Assembly (NCBI RefSeq): GCF_006345805.1
Contig: NC_043019.1
Location: forward strand, 17,545,360-17,609,359
Direction: 5' to 3'
DNA length: 64,000 nucleotides
Source of the DNA: Octopus sinensis
Lineage: Eukaryota
The notes under the pieces are model-generated. The model worked only from the letters and a program-made list of their open reading frames with translations, made no database searches and was not told the origin of the DNA. Shown here piece after piece: positions 1-11,573 of this stretch. Numbering within the stretch: the stretch's first letter is position 1; each line of letters begins with the position of its first letter. The translations under genes and the position numbers were made by a program.

Positions 1-164
1 GTTCTGAGTTCAAATTCTGCCGTGGTCGACTTTGCCTTTCATCCTTTCGGGGTCGATAAATTAAGTACCAGTTACACATTGGGGTCGATGTAATTGACTT
101 AATCCATTTGTTTGTCCTTGTTTGTCCCCTCTGTGTTTAGCCCCTTGTGGGTAGTAAAGAAATA
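1..164 (+). mobile_element. SINE family C (tRNA-like head, GGTCGACTTTGCCTTTCATCC core), 3' part cut by the window edge
   Basis: Near-identical to the 3' part of the full copy at 21213-21448. Confidence 0.85.
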
Positions 165-185
165 AATTTTCCATTGACAACTAGC

Positions 186-407
186 TTAACCCTTGAACAT
201 GTAAACTGGCCATAGAAGGCCAAAATATTCTGTTTTATGTTCAAAGCAACCAGATCCTGCCTCTTGCACATACCATAAAATGTCATTTTTAGAATAAACA
301 ATCACATCATTGAAATCTCAAAGCTATGACACAATGCCTGATTAATTCAAAATGGTAAGAATGAAGTAATCCTTACATATGACAGTCATCTGAATCTGAA
401 GGGTTAA
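186..407. mobile_element. piggyBac-like MITE (family E)
   Basis: TTAA-CCCTT...AAGGG-TTAA termini; internal homology to 44614-44842 and 52381-53116. Confidence 0.7.
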
Positions 408-1659
408 CATACTTTTTTACCTGATGACTAAGTTTTTTGAGACAAATATTGGAATCCAGGCAACTTTCTTGTTGATTTGATGATGGTGTGTTTGTTTGTG
501 TGTGTGTGTGTACATACAGTTTCTTGTTTATTTTGTGATACAAAACAAGAACATAGTCACTGCAAGCTTGTCTGCTGGTCTTTGAAGAATATAAGGTTTT
601 GGTAAATACTTATTTGTGTGGCGGTAAACTGGGATTACATTTCTGAAACATAATCCCTGATGCCTTAAATATGAATAAGTGCATACACGTGTGTGTGTGT
701 GCATATGCACGCACTCACATTCACTCACACACACACACTCACACACACACACACGTTATGTTATTATAGAAGTTAGTACATCAATTATTAGAGGAAATAC
801 ACAGTATTTGAGTAAGGTAGATGTACTGATGAAGAAATTTAGATTACTATCTGGATTAAAATTGTAGGCCTAAAAATAAGTGAATGAATTGAGTGAGAAA
901 ACTTCTCTTTTATCCATTCTTTCAGATGTTGAGAACTTGTACAGTCATACTTCATTGCACACCTATTTCAACAACCCAAATTGTATTCCATTTCTGCTAG
1001 TTTCAATTACCAGGTGTTTATCAACAAATTGCTGCTCGTTTGCCGTCTGGTTATTCATGTACCTGTTACCTGGCTCACTGACAAATGCTATTCCCATCAC
1101 AAATAAAGAGCCGTTTGTGCACCATGTTTATTCCAGATTTGAAATACATCAATTGTCCAAAGCCAATTCTATCATACTGCAATTATTTATAGGTAAATTA
1201 TTCATTTGCAGTTATCATTTTGGGAGCATCTTGTAGTTATCATAAAAATAAAAAAAATTAAAAAACCATGGCAACACAACTTTCACTGTGTGTACTTTGA
1301 TTCTGTAAACTCCACATCTGCAATACAAACAGTGAATAACGATATCTTTCCCTTTTGTGATAAGGCTGTTTTTTTTTTCTTTATCATAGCTATGTTTGTT
1401 TGTTTTTCCTGTTTGATTTTGTTTGTACAGGTTGTTTGGTATGCGTCATTGTCAGAGTTGCAGGGTAATTGTTAGGCCTTGTGTACGTGAGAAAAGATTC
1501 TGCTTTTCTTCAGATGATTATAATTATTATTTCATGAAAACTCTCAGCTTCCTTTGCTGGCTGTGGTGGAAAATGTCAGTTGTTTGAGTGCTCTTGTTAT
1601 TATTATCATGAGTTTTTCTCTTTTCCATTTTGTTTCCATTTCTTGCTGAGCACCTTTCT

Positions 1660-2120
1660 GACTCTTTGGACAAACTCTAGTCTGTGCCAAACTCTAGTCT
1701 CATTTGGCATGATTTCTATGGCTAGATACCCTTCCTAATACCAGAGTGTAGTGGGTGCTTTTACATGCTGCCGGCACAGGTGCCATTTGTGTGACATCTG
1801 CCACGACTATGATTTCACTTGGCTCGATGTGTCTTCTACTCAAGCATGGCATAATATCAAAGGTCTCGGTCATTGGTCATTGCCTCTGTGAGGCCTAACA
1901 CCCGAAAGATGCTGTTTACAAGCCACTAGCATTGCCCACCTTGCCTCTGTGAAACCCAACGCTTGAAAGGGTGCCAGTTATTTGACACCAGCACCAACCA
2001 CGACTGATTTCACTTGGCATGACAGATCTTCGCAAAGAACTCCATGAGGACCAAAGATTGAAGATCATGCTTCGCAACCATCTCCCATGTCTTCTTGGGT
2101 CTACCTCTACCACAGGTTCC
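1660..2120 (-). mobile_element. 5'-truncated RTE-clade LINE 3' end (RT C-terminus plus 3'UTR)
   Basis: Minus strand reads GTCGRGRPKKTW...KHDLQ, typical of the RTE RT C-terminus. The downstream part matches the (GAT)n-tailed copies at 4084, 20371, 41287 and 60822. Confidence 0.6.
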
Positions 2121-2130
2121 TTATATATAT

Positions 2131-2514
2131 AGGCGCAGGAGTGGCTGTGTGGTAAGTAGCTTGCTAACCAACCACATGGTTCCGGGTTCAGTCCCACTGC
2201 GTGGCACCTTGGGCAAGTGTCTTCTACTATAGCCCCAGGCCGACCAATGCCTTGTGAGTGGATTTGGTAGACGGAAACTGAAAGAAGCCTGTCGTATATA
2301 TGTATGTGTGTGTTTGTGTGTCTGTGTTTGTCACCCTAGCATTGCTTGACAACTGATGCTGGTGTGTTTAAGTCCCCGTCACTTAGCGGTTCGGCAAAAG
2401 AGACCGATAGAATAAGTACTGGGCTTACAAAGAATAAGTCCCGGGGTCGAGTTGCTCGACTAAAGGCGGTGCTCCAGCATGGCCACAGTCAAATGACTGA
2501 AACGAGTAAAAGAG
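2131..2514 (+). mobile_element. SINE family A (tRNA-derived head, internal TA/GT microsatellite, GTAAAAGA tail)
   Basis: A-box-like TGGCTGTGTGG and B-box-like GGTTCAGTCCC; about 14 homologous copies in the window. Confidence 0.9.
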
Positions 2515-2628
2515 TATATGGTTGTAATAATGAAGTCAAACTAACATTAACTTCAAAAACATCATTGCATCCTCACCAAGAATTACTGACAGTTATTAGT
2601 TATTATTATTATTATTATTCTTAAACAT

Positions 2629-2890
2629 TCACTGTACCAGTGCTGAGGACTCCAGCTTGAACGAATGTTGATCAGAACAGTTAACATGAACTACATCCAC
2701 CTTGAATAATGTGTATTGATAAGCATTATCTGTAGATTTTTGAAGGTTGAAGTCTGCATTTAACTGTTTACTAAACAAAGCTAATTTCTCCAATTGCTTA
2801 AGGCTGGATATCTCGCTAACCTTCAACTGTTTATTTATGGACACTTGGTAAAGTTGTTTTGGCTTATGATACATTTGCATGTGTTTCTTT
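2629..2890 (-). mobile_element. Possible Penelope-like element RT C-terminal remnant
   Basis: Weak resemblance (YHKP..., SINKQL..SEISS). The adjacent 2543-2590 repeats 3559-3606, which leads into the GIY-YIG fragment. Confidence 0.3.
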
Positions 2891-3039
2891 TGGCTGTTGT
2901 GTCTAGGTTGTTGATATATCTGGGTTTTTTTTGTTAGTAACTTCCACTTTCACATTTTCTAGCACAAACATTTCAAATGCCTATTGAACAAAATATTTTG
3001 AAAAATATTAAACACATCTTGCAATCCTAATGTCTATAT

Positions 3040-3447
3040 ACGCAGGAGTGGCTGTGTGGTAAGTAGCTTGCTAACCAGCCACATGGTTCTGGGTTCAGTC
3101 CCACTGCGTGGCATCTTGGGCAAGTGTCTTCTGCTATAGCCCCGGGCCGACCAAAGCCTTGTGAGTGGATTTGGTAGACGGAAACTGAAAGAAGCCTGTC
3201 GTATATATGTATATATATATGTATGTGTATGTATATGTTTGCGTGTCTGTGTTTGTCCCTCTAGCATTGCTTGACAACCGATGCTGGTGTGTTTACGTCC
3301 CCGTCACTTAGCGGTTCGGCAAAAGAGACCGATAGAATAAGTACTGGGCTTACAAAGAATAAGTCCCGGGGTCGATTTGCTCGACTAAAGGCGGTGCTCC
3401 AGCATGGCCGCAGTCAAATGACTGAAACAAGTAAAAGAGTAAAAGAG
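3040..3447 (+). mobile_element. SINE family A, young copy
   Basis: Full head to GTAAAAGAGTAAAAGAG tail; highly similar to the other A copies. Confidence 0.9.
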
Positions 3448-3467
3448 TATACATATATATGTATGTA

Positions 3468-3514
<47 letters not shown>

Positions 3515-3559
3515 ATGTATAAATATATATATATGGGTGTAATAGTGAATTCACACAAA

Positions 3560-3960
3560 CATTAACTTTAAAAACATCAGTGCATCATCACTAAGAATTA
3601 CTGACAACCAACCTACTACATTATCATCAGCATCATCATCTCCAACATAACATGGATGCAATTTCAAGTGCAGAAACACATGTCCATTAAATGGGAACTG
3701 TCCCAGCAAACATAATATACCAGTGCCTGGTAACAACTTCCACTACTAGGTCCTACAGTGGAGCCACCACCAATCTGGTGAAACTGAATATCAACCCCCA
3801 TACACACACCTTTTGTAAGAGCAGTCTTAAAGCTAACACTTCACCGGCTGAATATATTCATTTATTTAAATCCCAGAACATCAACTATGAGATTAAAGGG
3901 TCCGTTCTGGGAATGTTTTTTTTTGTTTTCTTTCAGTCATGGAAGACAGACTGCCATCAG
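3560..3960 (+). mobile_element. Penelope-like element GIY-YIG endonuclease remnant
   Basis: Frameshifted translation gives CNFKCRNTCPLNGNC followed by NIIYQCLVTTSTTRSYSGATTN...AEYIHLFKSQNINYEIK, the PLE Cys-motif plus GIY-YIG pattern. Confidence 0.6.
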
Positions 3961-4083
3961 AGGCCAGGGGCTCTTTTCTGATCTTAATTCTAAACTGTTG
4001 TAAAATTAGAATAACAATATTTTGAAGAAGAACCTGAACATGTTTTGGTAGAATTGTAAATCTGATGATTGCATCTATATGGA

Positions 4084-4253
4084 CATCATCATCATCATCG
4101 TTTAGCGTCCGCTTTCCATGCTGGCATGGGTTGGACGGTTCAACTGGGGTCTGGGAAGCCAGAAGGCTGCACCAGGCCCAGTTTGATCTGGCAATGTTTC
4201 TACGGCTGGATGCCCTTCCTAACACCAATCACTCCATGAGTGTAGTGGGTGCT
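4084..4253 (-). mobile_element. RTE 3'UTR fragment with (GAT)n tail
   Basis: Homologous to 20371-20638 and 41287-41477. Confidence 0.7.
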
Positions 4254-4258
4254 TATAT

Positions 4259-4322
<64 letters not shown>

Positions 4323-5154
4323 AGTAGTGGTATGTTGTCAGCTTAATGTGACAGTCCCATGAAAGGGAAGAATACTACTGCTATTTAGCCCAAAGAAGCA
4401 CCACATTCTGTCAGCCTTGACATATTTCCTGTGTCCTTATGTTTACAAAGGAGGAGATAAGAACCTCCATCCAGCAAAGCCAGTATTCAGAGACTTGTTT
4501 CTGAGTCATTGCTCGTCATCAGTCTGGAGTGGCATGGTTTACTGGCTTGATGTTCTTTTTTTCATCACAGGCACAAGGCCTAAACACAGAGGGGACATAC
4601 ACAGACATGTGGGAACAAAAACCACATGACAGGATGAATGTGAAATGAATAAAATTACAATGCAAATGAGACGGCCATCTCACTCCTGCTGCAAGATGAA
4701 ACCGTGCCTTCCTTTTCATTAAACCTTTACATTTTACATAATAATTTCTAGCCTCGCTCCGAGGTGAAACGGCGACTTCCCTTTTTGCTTTAACCTTACA
4801 TTTATAAACTTTTTAAACAAATGTTCATACCGGATTTACTTATTTTCTTTACCTTTTTTAAAACCCAAAAGTTCAACCAAATGCTTTTCACAGTTTCTAA
4901 TTAAATTATGACTTCCATTTCATCCACTCCTTTTCTTCCACATAATTCAACATCCACCTCTGGCCTCAGTGGGTTCAGTCTCCCATGATGTCCTTCTTTT
5001 AAGTTGGGGTGTCCTATATATATATATGTATGTATATAATATATATATAAATAATAATATACATATAGACATATAATGTATAATATATATGTCAGTAAAT
5101 GGTGGGGTTGTATATATATATAAAGTCAGTAAATGGTGGGGTTGTATTTATAAT

Positions 5155-5189
<35 letters not shown>

Positions 5190-5424
5190 ACTGAAGACAA
5201 TGAGAGAATCATATTAATTGAAACATGGTTAAAAAGTAAGTGCAAGCTACCATTTTTTTGTCAGTTCTTCATGTATTCTCTGAGTTGTAGAATCAGGAAT
5301 ATGAGAATGTCTTCAATCATGAAGGATTTCTAAAAGTAAGATAACTGCACTAACTATTGCAACCTCACACCCTAATTTGTCTTTTATCTTAATCATTAGA
5401 CTGTGGCAATCATTAGACTGTGGT

Positions 5425-5760
5425 ACCACCTTGAATTTTAGTCAAATGAATTGACAGCAGTACTTATTTTTTTTAAAGCTTGGAACTTATTGTATCAGTA
5501 TTTTTTGCTGAACTGCTAAGTTATGGGGCTGTAAACACACCACCACTGAGTGTCAAGTGGTGACAGAGAACAAACACACACACACACACACATTTACAAC
5601 GAGCTTCTTTCAGATTCCACCTACCAAATTCACTCACTTAGCTTTGGTCAGCTCAAGGGTATAACAGCAGATACTTGTCCAAGTCATTGCACATTGGGAC
5701 TGAACCCAGAACCATGTGGTTGGGAAACAAACATCTTACCACACAGCCACGCCTGCACCT
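5425..5760 (-). mobile_element. SINE family A, older diverged copy
   Basis: Reverse-complement match to the A consensus with many substitutions. Confidence 0.7.
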
Positions 5761-6574
5761 ATAATTGATTATGATTTTAGCTTTGATTTAAAAGGCAAGA
5801 GGGCCATGGCTAGAATGTCATTTGTTAATCAGAGCTGACCCGGAGATAAACAACAATATTTGAAATCCTATTTAAAACCCATTATCTTCTTACATGAACA
5901 AATACAAATAAATAATAAATTCAAGTGATAATAGTAATTGTTTCTAACTTCATTGACTGAAGATAGCAGATTAAAGTATCTTGCCTAAGGATAAAGTGCA
6001 GTACTGTCAGTAGACAACCAATGAACTAGATTAGGGTATGAGAAAATTTGTCCTGAGAAACATTGTATTAATAGTTAGTGAACCTAATGATGTTCTTTGT
6101 ATTAAGAACATTTTTGAATGTTTTTATTTTATTTCATTTCTCTTCTTAAAGAGATTGTATAAATGATTACCATTAAAAAGGGAATCTTTCAAAAAGAACA
6201 TTCTGGCATTTTATCAAATCAGAAAGCCAATATATTCTGATGTTATTGGCAAAGAAACATAACACAAAATCAAGGGCCTACTAATGCTAATGGTGGGGAC
6301 AGAGATACCTTGCACAGAGTTTGGGAAATGCATCTTGGCTACAGACATGTGAAGAAGGAGAAATATATTTAAATTGAATATTTTTATGAACATTTTTTTT
6401 ATGTCTTAGTCAGAGGCGAAAGAGTAATTTCCATGTTTTGAAGGACTTTCAGGACTTGTAAGGGAGGAAGAGGAAACCCATGACTTGTGAGTTGTTGCAG
6501 TGGCAAGCAGCACTTATCTAAATATCTCCAGACCAGACACCTTGTTTGAATGTTTGTTATAGATTAGACTTGGC

Positions 6575-7205
6575 TTAACCATTTGGCATTCAAATTACTC
6601 TGTGAAATGTATTGCTTATTTATTCACGTAGTTTTCAATTAGTCTTGCATTATCTTGTTAGCTTCAAGATTTCAAAGGTGTGTTTGTATATTTTGAGAAT
6701 GACATAGTAGGGCAGGCATGGGAGGTTGGATCTCTCTCTCTTTTTACTCTTTTACTTGTTTCAGTCATTTTGACTGCGGCCATGCTGGAGCACCTCCTTC
6801 AGTCGAGCAAATCGACCCCAGGACTTATTCTTTGTAAGCCCAGTACTTATTCTATCGGTCTCTTTTGCTGAACTGCTAAGTGACGGGGACGTAAACACAC
6901 CAGCATCGGTTGTCAAGCAATGTTAGGGGGACAAACACAGACACACAAACATATACACACACACTTATATATATATATATACGACAGGCTTCTTTCAGTT
7001 TCCGTCTACCAAATTCACTCACAAGGCATTGGTCGGCCCGGGGCTATAGCAGAAGACACTTGCCCAAGATGCCATGCAGTGGGACTGAACCCGGAACCAT
7101 GTGGTTGGTTAGCAAGCTACTTACCACACAGCCATTCCTGACTCTGGTCAGTTTTAGCATAAAACATGCTAATATTTGGCCAGATGTGACCAGTTTAAAT
7201 GCTAA
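6575..7205. mobile_element. Family E piggyBac-like MITE split by a SINE A insertion
   Basis: 6575-6735 and 7141-7205 are contiguous parts of the reverse-oriented E consensus. Confidence 0.6.
6738..7140 (-). mobile_element. SINE family A, young copy
   Basis: Full-length reverse-complement match to 3040-3447. Confidence 0.9.
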
Positions 7206-7467
7206 CCTGTGAAAGTACCCAAGAGCCAAAAAATGACAATGTTAAACTAGGCAGCCCCTCTAACCAAAACTTTGTTTAAAATTTAAGTTTGTTTTGTTAT
7301 CTGTATCAAATAGATATAAACCTGGTGAGTCATCGGAGACATTGTAAAGCTATCTGTGAAGTAAGATAAGTTTGTATGTTGTTATGTAGCCTTATATCAG
7401 GGAAGCTCTCAATCCTGCTTTTTTCACCTATACAGAAATATTTTACAATGTTTGTATTGTTGCTTGG

Positions 7468-8718
7468 CTTTTCTTTCATTAAGAATGAAATGTCCAATTT
7501 TCAACTGAAAGTTTATTTTACTTTATCTCAACAAAAAGCAAGGCAGTTAATCAAAGTATGCACTTGAATTATCAACACAATTTTGCCATTTTATCAGTAG
7601 CTTACTTATGCCGGCAGTGAAGAATTCTGGAGAGTAAGAGGTGATGAAATCACGAAAGGCTGTTTTTGCATCTTCAGATTTGAAGTTATTTCCTTGCAAA
7701 AAATTGTCAAATGCCTGGAAAATGTGACAGTCAGTTGGTGCAAGGTCTGATGAAATATGTGGATGACAGAGTGCTTCCAAGTTCAGTTCTTGTAACTTGA
7801 GTAGCGTTCTTTGTGCAACACGTGGTCAAGCAATTATCTTGCAAGAGAATCGACCTGTGTCTATTGACCAATTTTGGTTGTTTAATTGCATGTTCAGTTT
7901 CATGTCATCCAATTGGTTGATGCATACATCCACTGTAATTGACTTATCAAGTCTCATGAAGCTGTAGTGAATGATGCCATTAGCTTTTTTTTGGTGAATA
8001 TTCTTTTTTGGATTGTTTTGGCACTTTGTCTCTATCCAACCACTGTGCAGAATGTTTGCTATTGCTGAAGAGAATGCATTTTTCACCACACAACAATACA
8101 GTGCAAAAAGGGTTTGCTTTTATGCCATGACAGCAAAGAACAGCAAGTTTCAAGACGATGTGTCATTTGATGATCGTTCAATTCATGTGGTACCCACATG
8201 TCCAGCTTCTTTACCTTGCCAATTTGTTTCAGATGGTCCAATACTGTTGGAATCGAAACATCAAACCTTGCTGCTAACTCACGTGTAGTTTGAGATGTAT
8301 TTACTTCCACTACAGTTTCCAGCTCATCATTATCCACCTTGGTCTCGGGTTTACCACGGGGCTGATTTTCAAGAGTAAAGTCACTGGAACTTCTGAAACC
8401 ATCAACATACAGTGCACTCATTCACCACATCTTCACCAAAAACCTCATTGATGTTTCGAGCTGTCTGGGATACATTGGTTCCATGACAGAACTAATATTC
8501 ATAAACAACACAAATTTTTGATCTATCCATTGGTTCACAAAAATTGATTTACAAGAGAAAACTCACAATATAATCAGACACCATGAATTGCATTTTGAAA
8601 AGTGATGTAACTCTTCAAAGGTGTAAAACAAAGAATTGTCAGGATAAAACATTAGAGTTAATGACGGTCAAACTTGGTGCAAAAGAAAATCGGAAATTTC
8701 ATTCTTAATGACCTAATA
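7468..8718 (-). pseudogene. Full-length decayed mariner transposon (Hsmar1/cecropia-like transposase pseudogene)
   Basis: Minus-strand ORF pieces contain WVPHEL and a degenerate YSPDL motif (HISSDLAPTDCH...WQNCVDNSSAYFD). Inverted termini TCATTAAGAATGAAAT.TCC.ATTTTC at about 7476-7502 and 8685-8718. Length about 1.25 kb, frameshifted. Confidence 0.9.
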
Positions 8719-9111
8719 CATAGAATTTGCAACTCCATTGAAGTTGTATGGAGATCTAATCATGACAGAACCATTAATTCCTGACCAGAGAAATATATTG
8801 GATGAATAGAAATGTAATAATCGGTGAACATTTAACAGAAATCATATATGAAACATATATTGATTTAATTAAACGTTTGAAAAATATTGATTCTAAAAAT
8901 GAATATATTAATCAGCTAAATTATTTTTCATTATTACTGTATGAATTTTCAATGAAGATCAGTTTATTCTTTCTGTATATCATTGTTTTTTTTTTGTTTT
9001 TTTTTCAGAATGAAATTAAGAAAATCATTCTGAAATATCATTTTAATGATTTACAAGCTAAATCTTTTTAAATCTTGACAAAAAGAAACCTGTATTTCTT
9101 ATTTTTTGCAG

Positions 9112-9166
9112 CATTTTCTTCAATTCTAATTTTGTGAATATTTAGTGAGCTTTAGAGACTTGTTAT
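9112..9166 (+). other. TMCC: Candidate 5'UTR exon of the TMCC gene ending in 'AT' (first two bases of a split start codon); an alternative upstream acceptor at 9008 would give 9009-9166
   Basis: Consensus donor GTAAGT at 9167. Acceptors ttttttgcag (AG ends 9111) and long T-tract ttttcag (AG ends 9008). Joining ...GTTAT to the G at 9339 gives ATG in frame with the next exon. Confidence 0.4.
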
Positions 9167-9338
9167 GTAAGTTGGATGCACTAGGAAAATCACTGCTGTC
9201 ATCTTTATCTGTGATGTAATCATGTCCAACACTTTATTCCAGACCCTTTTATCAAGGACACTATGTATTGATACTGTTAAATAAAACCTTGGTCTTGCTT
9301 CTTTATTCTTCTGACTCTCTTTTTCTCTCTCTTTGTAG

Positions 9339-9528
9339 GAAAAAATCAGAAAATACAAAAATTACACCTCTAAAAAATATAAAGAAAAGTTCAAAAAGTC
9401 CAAACTTGCCTAAAAAACACACTCCAGAAAATGTTGGTTCCGGGGCCAAACCAAAAAGTGTGACATCACTTCAACCTGATGCAGATGTTCACCAATATCT
9501 TTCCCATAGTGCCGAAGAGCTTGATAAC
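9339..9528 (+). CDS. TMCC: TMCC-family protein, N-terminal coding exon (KKSENTKITPLKNIKKSSKSPNLPKK...SAEELDN)
   Basis: Pyrimidine tract ctctctttttctctctctttgtag then an open frame, ending at a GTAAGT donor (9529). Phase-0 end matches the phase-0 start at 11074. No family-diagnostic motif in this exon itself. Confidence 0.75.
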
Positions 9529-11073
9529 GTAAGTCGGTCAATGTTTTACTAATATCTTCACACAGTTACATGAAGCAATCATCAAATTCAACTTTTATAA
9601 AATCAACTCATTTGGGATTGTATTTTGTCTCTTTAATACAAAAACCATTCAGTTTAAGCTGTTCATATTTAAATTAAAAACTTTCATTATGATTTTACAT
9701 AAAACCTTTTGTTAGTTATCACTGTTATTTATGCCAACCTATCTGAGACCATCACTATTGAATTTAAGATGCAAAGCAGCTCATTTTTAAATGTTCTACC
9801 TTCAAATGAAAATCTTTCATTGTTATTGTATGTAAGAATTTCCATGAAGGTCGACTTTGCCTTTCATCCTTTAGAGGTTGATAAAATAAGTACCAGTTGA
9901 GGACTGGGGCCAATGTAATTGATTTACCCCCACCCATAAAACTGCGGCCAAAATTTGAAACCATTATTTTATGTAAGAATCTGTTTGATAATTTATGTTA
10001 CAAACTCCAGCTTCAAAATGAGTTATTTTTACTAAATCTCTCCTAATTCATGATTATTATTTTTCTTTTTCCCCCACCTAAATAAACTAGAACACAGTGT
10101 GTATTTCAGTAGAAATATGATCACAAAAGTGTTAAATGAAGTTTGAATTTTATAAAATTCATTTAGTAGCATTCTGTGTTCATGCATAATGGATTTAGGA
10201 GCAGTCAGTTTGTTGTCAGTTCATCTTATAGCACTATAAAGATACCGAGCAAAGACCATGGATTTAGGCACAGCTGTATGATAAAAAAATGTTTGCTTTG
10301 TAATCACCTGGTTCCAGGTTCAATCCCACTCCACATTGGCTTTGGCTGCTGTCTTCTGTCATAGTTTCAGACCAACACGATATTCTGTGAGTGAAATTAG
10401 GCAGATGGAAACTGTGCAGAATCCCATCAGATGAGGTGTACCCTTTTTTTGTTTGTTTGTTTAACGCCACCTCATGGCCCTTTGGTGCTTTAAACAGAGT
10501 CCATTCTGTTGCAATCTTTTGCACCAGGAGTCAGTGTAAGGAAAATTTGATATCTTGGTTCCTACAACAGCAACCCATGTTTATTCCACTCAACCTTAGA
10601 AGCCCTATACAAAAGTCACGTGAGCCACCTTTCCTTCCCTGGTGAAGCCATAAAAATAGGTATTTTTGAAATATATGCATGAAAAATATATATAAGAATA
10701 GATTTCTTGTCCTTTCTGTGTTATTGTATGGTAGTAAGAAACTCTCAAGAGAGCTGAACAGTAGAAGGTCTTCAGAGATGAAACCCTCTCAAGCAAGTGT
10801 TTTGGCCCTTCTTACACTTTAAGGGCTTGGGTTGCATGCAGGTCATGACTCCTGGGACCCCTTCTGCCGGCATGTTTTAGCCATTGGGATATTGGATAAT
10901 TCTAAATTTAAACCACTTGGAGACGTCATTTAGTTGGAACTCCTCTTAGTTGACTCAAATTCCTACTTGAAAAATTACGAGTAAGAACTGATTTCTTGTC
11001 CTTGCTATGTTGTTGTATTTATATAGTAAGAGGTAAACTTTGCTTACATTCCTTGTCATTGTTGTGCTTCTAG

Positions 11074-11395
11074 CTGGACGGAACTGGGTCTCTTGGCAAG
11101 CACCCAGTGGCCCCACCACTGGTGCAAGCAATTCAACAAGAAAATGGCACCCCTAGTACCACTAACACAGCAGCAGCAACCACTTGTACGCCTTCCATCA
11201 CAACCACAGCCACAACATCAGCAACACTCAGCTCTGGAATCAGTGGTGGCAGTGGATCTGGAGAGGCATCAGTGGATGATTTTGATGGATCTCACACGCC
11301 TGACCCTAATCGTACCAAAGCTGCTAAAGATCACCTACAAGCTAAAATCCATAAGATAATGGTGCAGATAAAAAGCGAACAGGACTCAAAGGAAG
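11074..11395 (+). CDS. TMCC: TMCC-family exon: Thr/Ser-rich linker followed by start of coiled-coil 1 (DGSHTPDPNRTKAAKDHLQAKIHKIMVQIKSEQDSKE)
   Basis: Acceptor cttctag (AG ends 11073), donor G|gtaag at 11396. Peptide matches my recollection of vertebrate TMCC1 '[32 protein letters not shown]'. Phase-1 end joins 19971. Confidence 0.92.
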
Positions 11396-11573
11396 GTAAG
11401 AACATTCTTTGAGATAAATCATCATCATCAGTGTCTCTCAGTGTTGTGTCTGTGCTCTGAGCAATCGCATAGTGATAAGCGTGGCTGTGTGGTTGAGTAG
11501 CTTGCTTCCTAGCCATATGGTGTTGTGTTCAATCCCACTGTGTGGTACGTTGTGCAAATGTCTTCTACAATAT

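Noticed and set aside
1431-1464. Possible upstream exon after a strong T-rich acceptor (tttgtacag at 1430)
   Set aside because: Weak donor, and the ATG-containing frame ends in phase 0, incompatible with the phase-2 start at 9339. It could still be a UTR exon but is unsupported.
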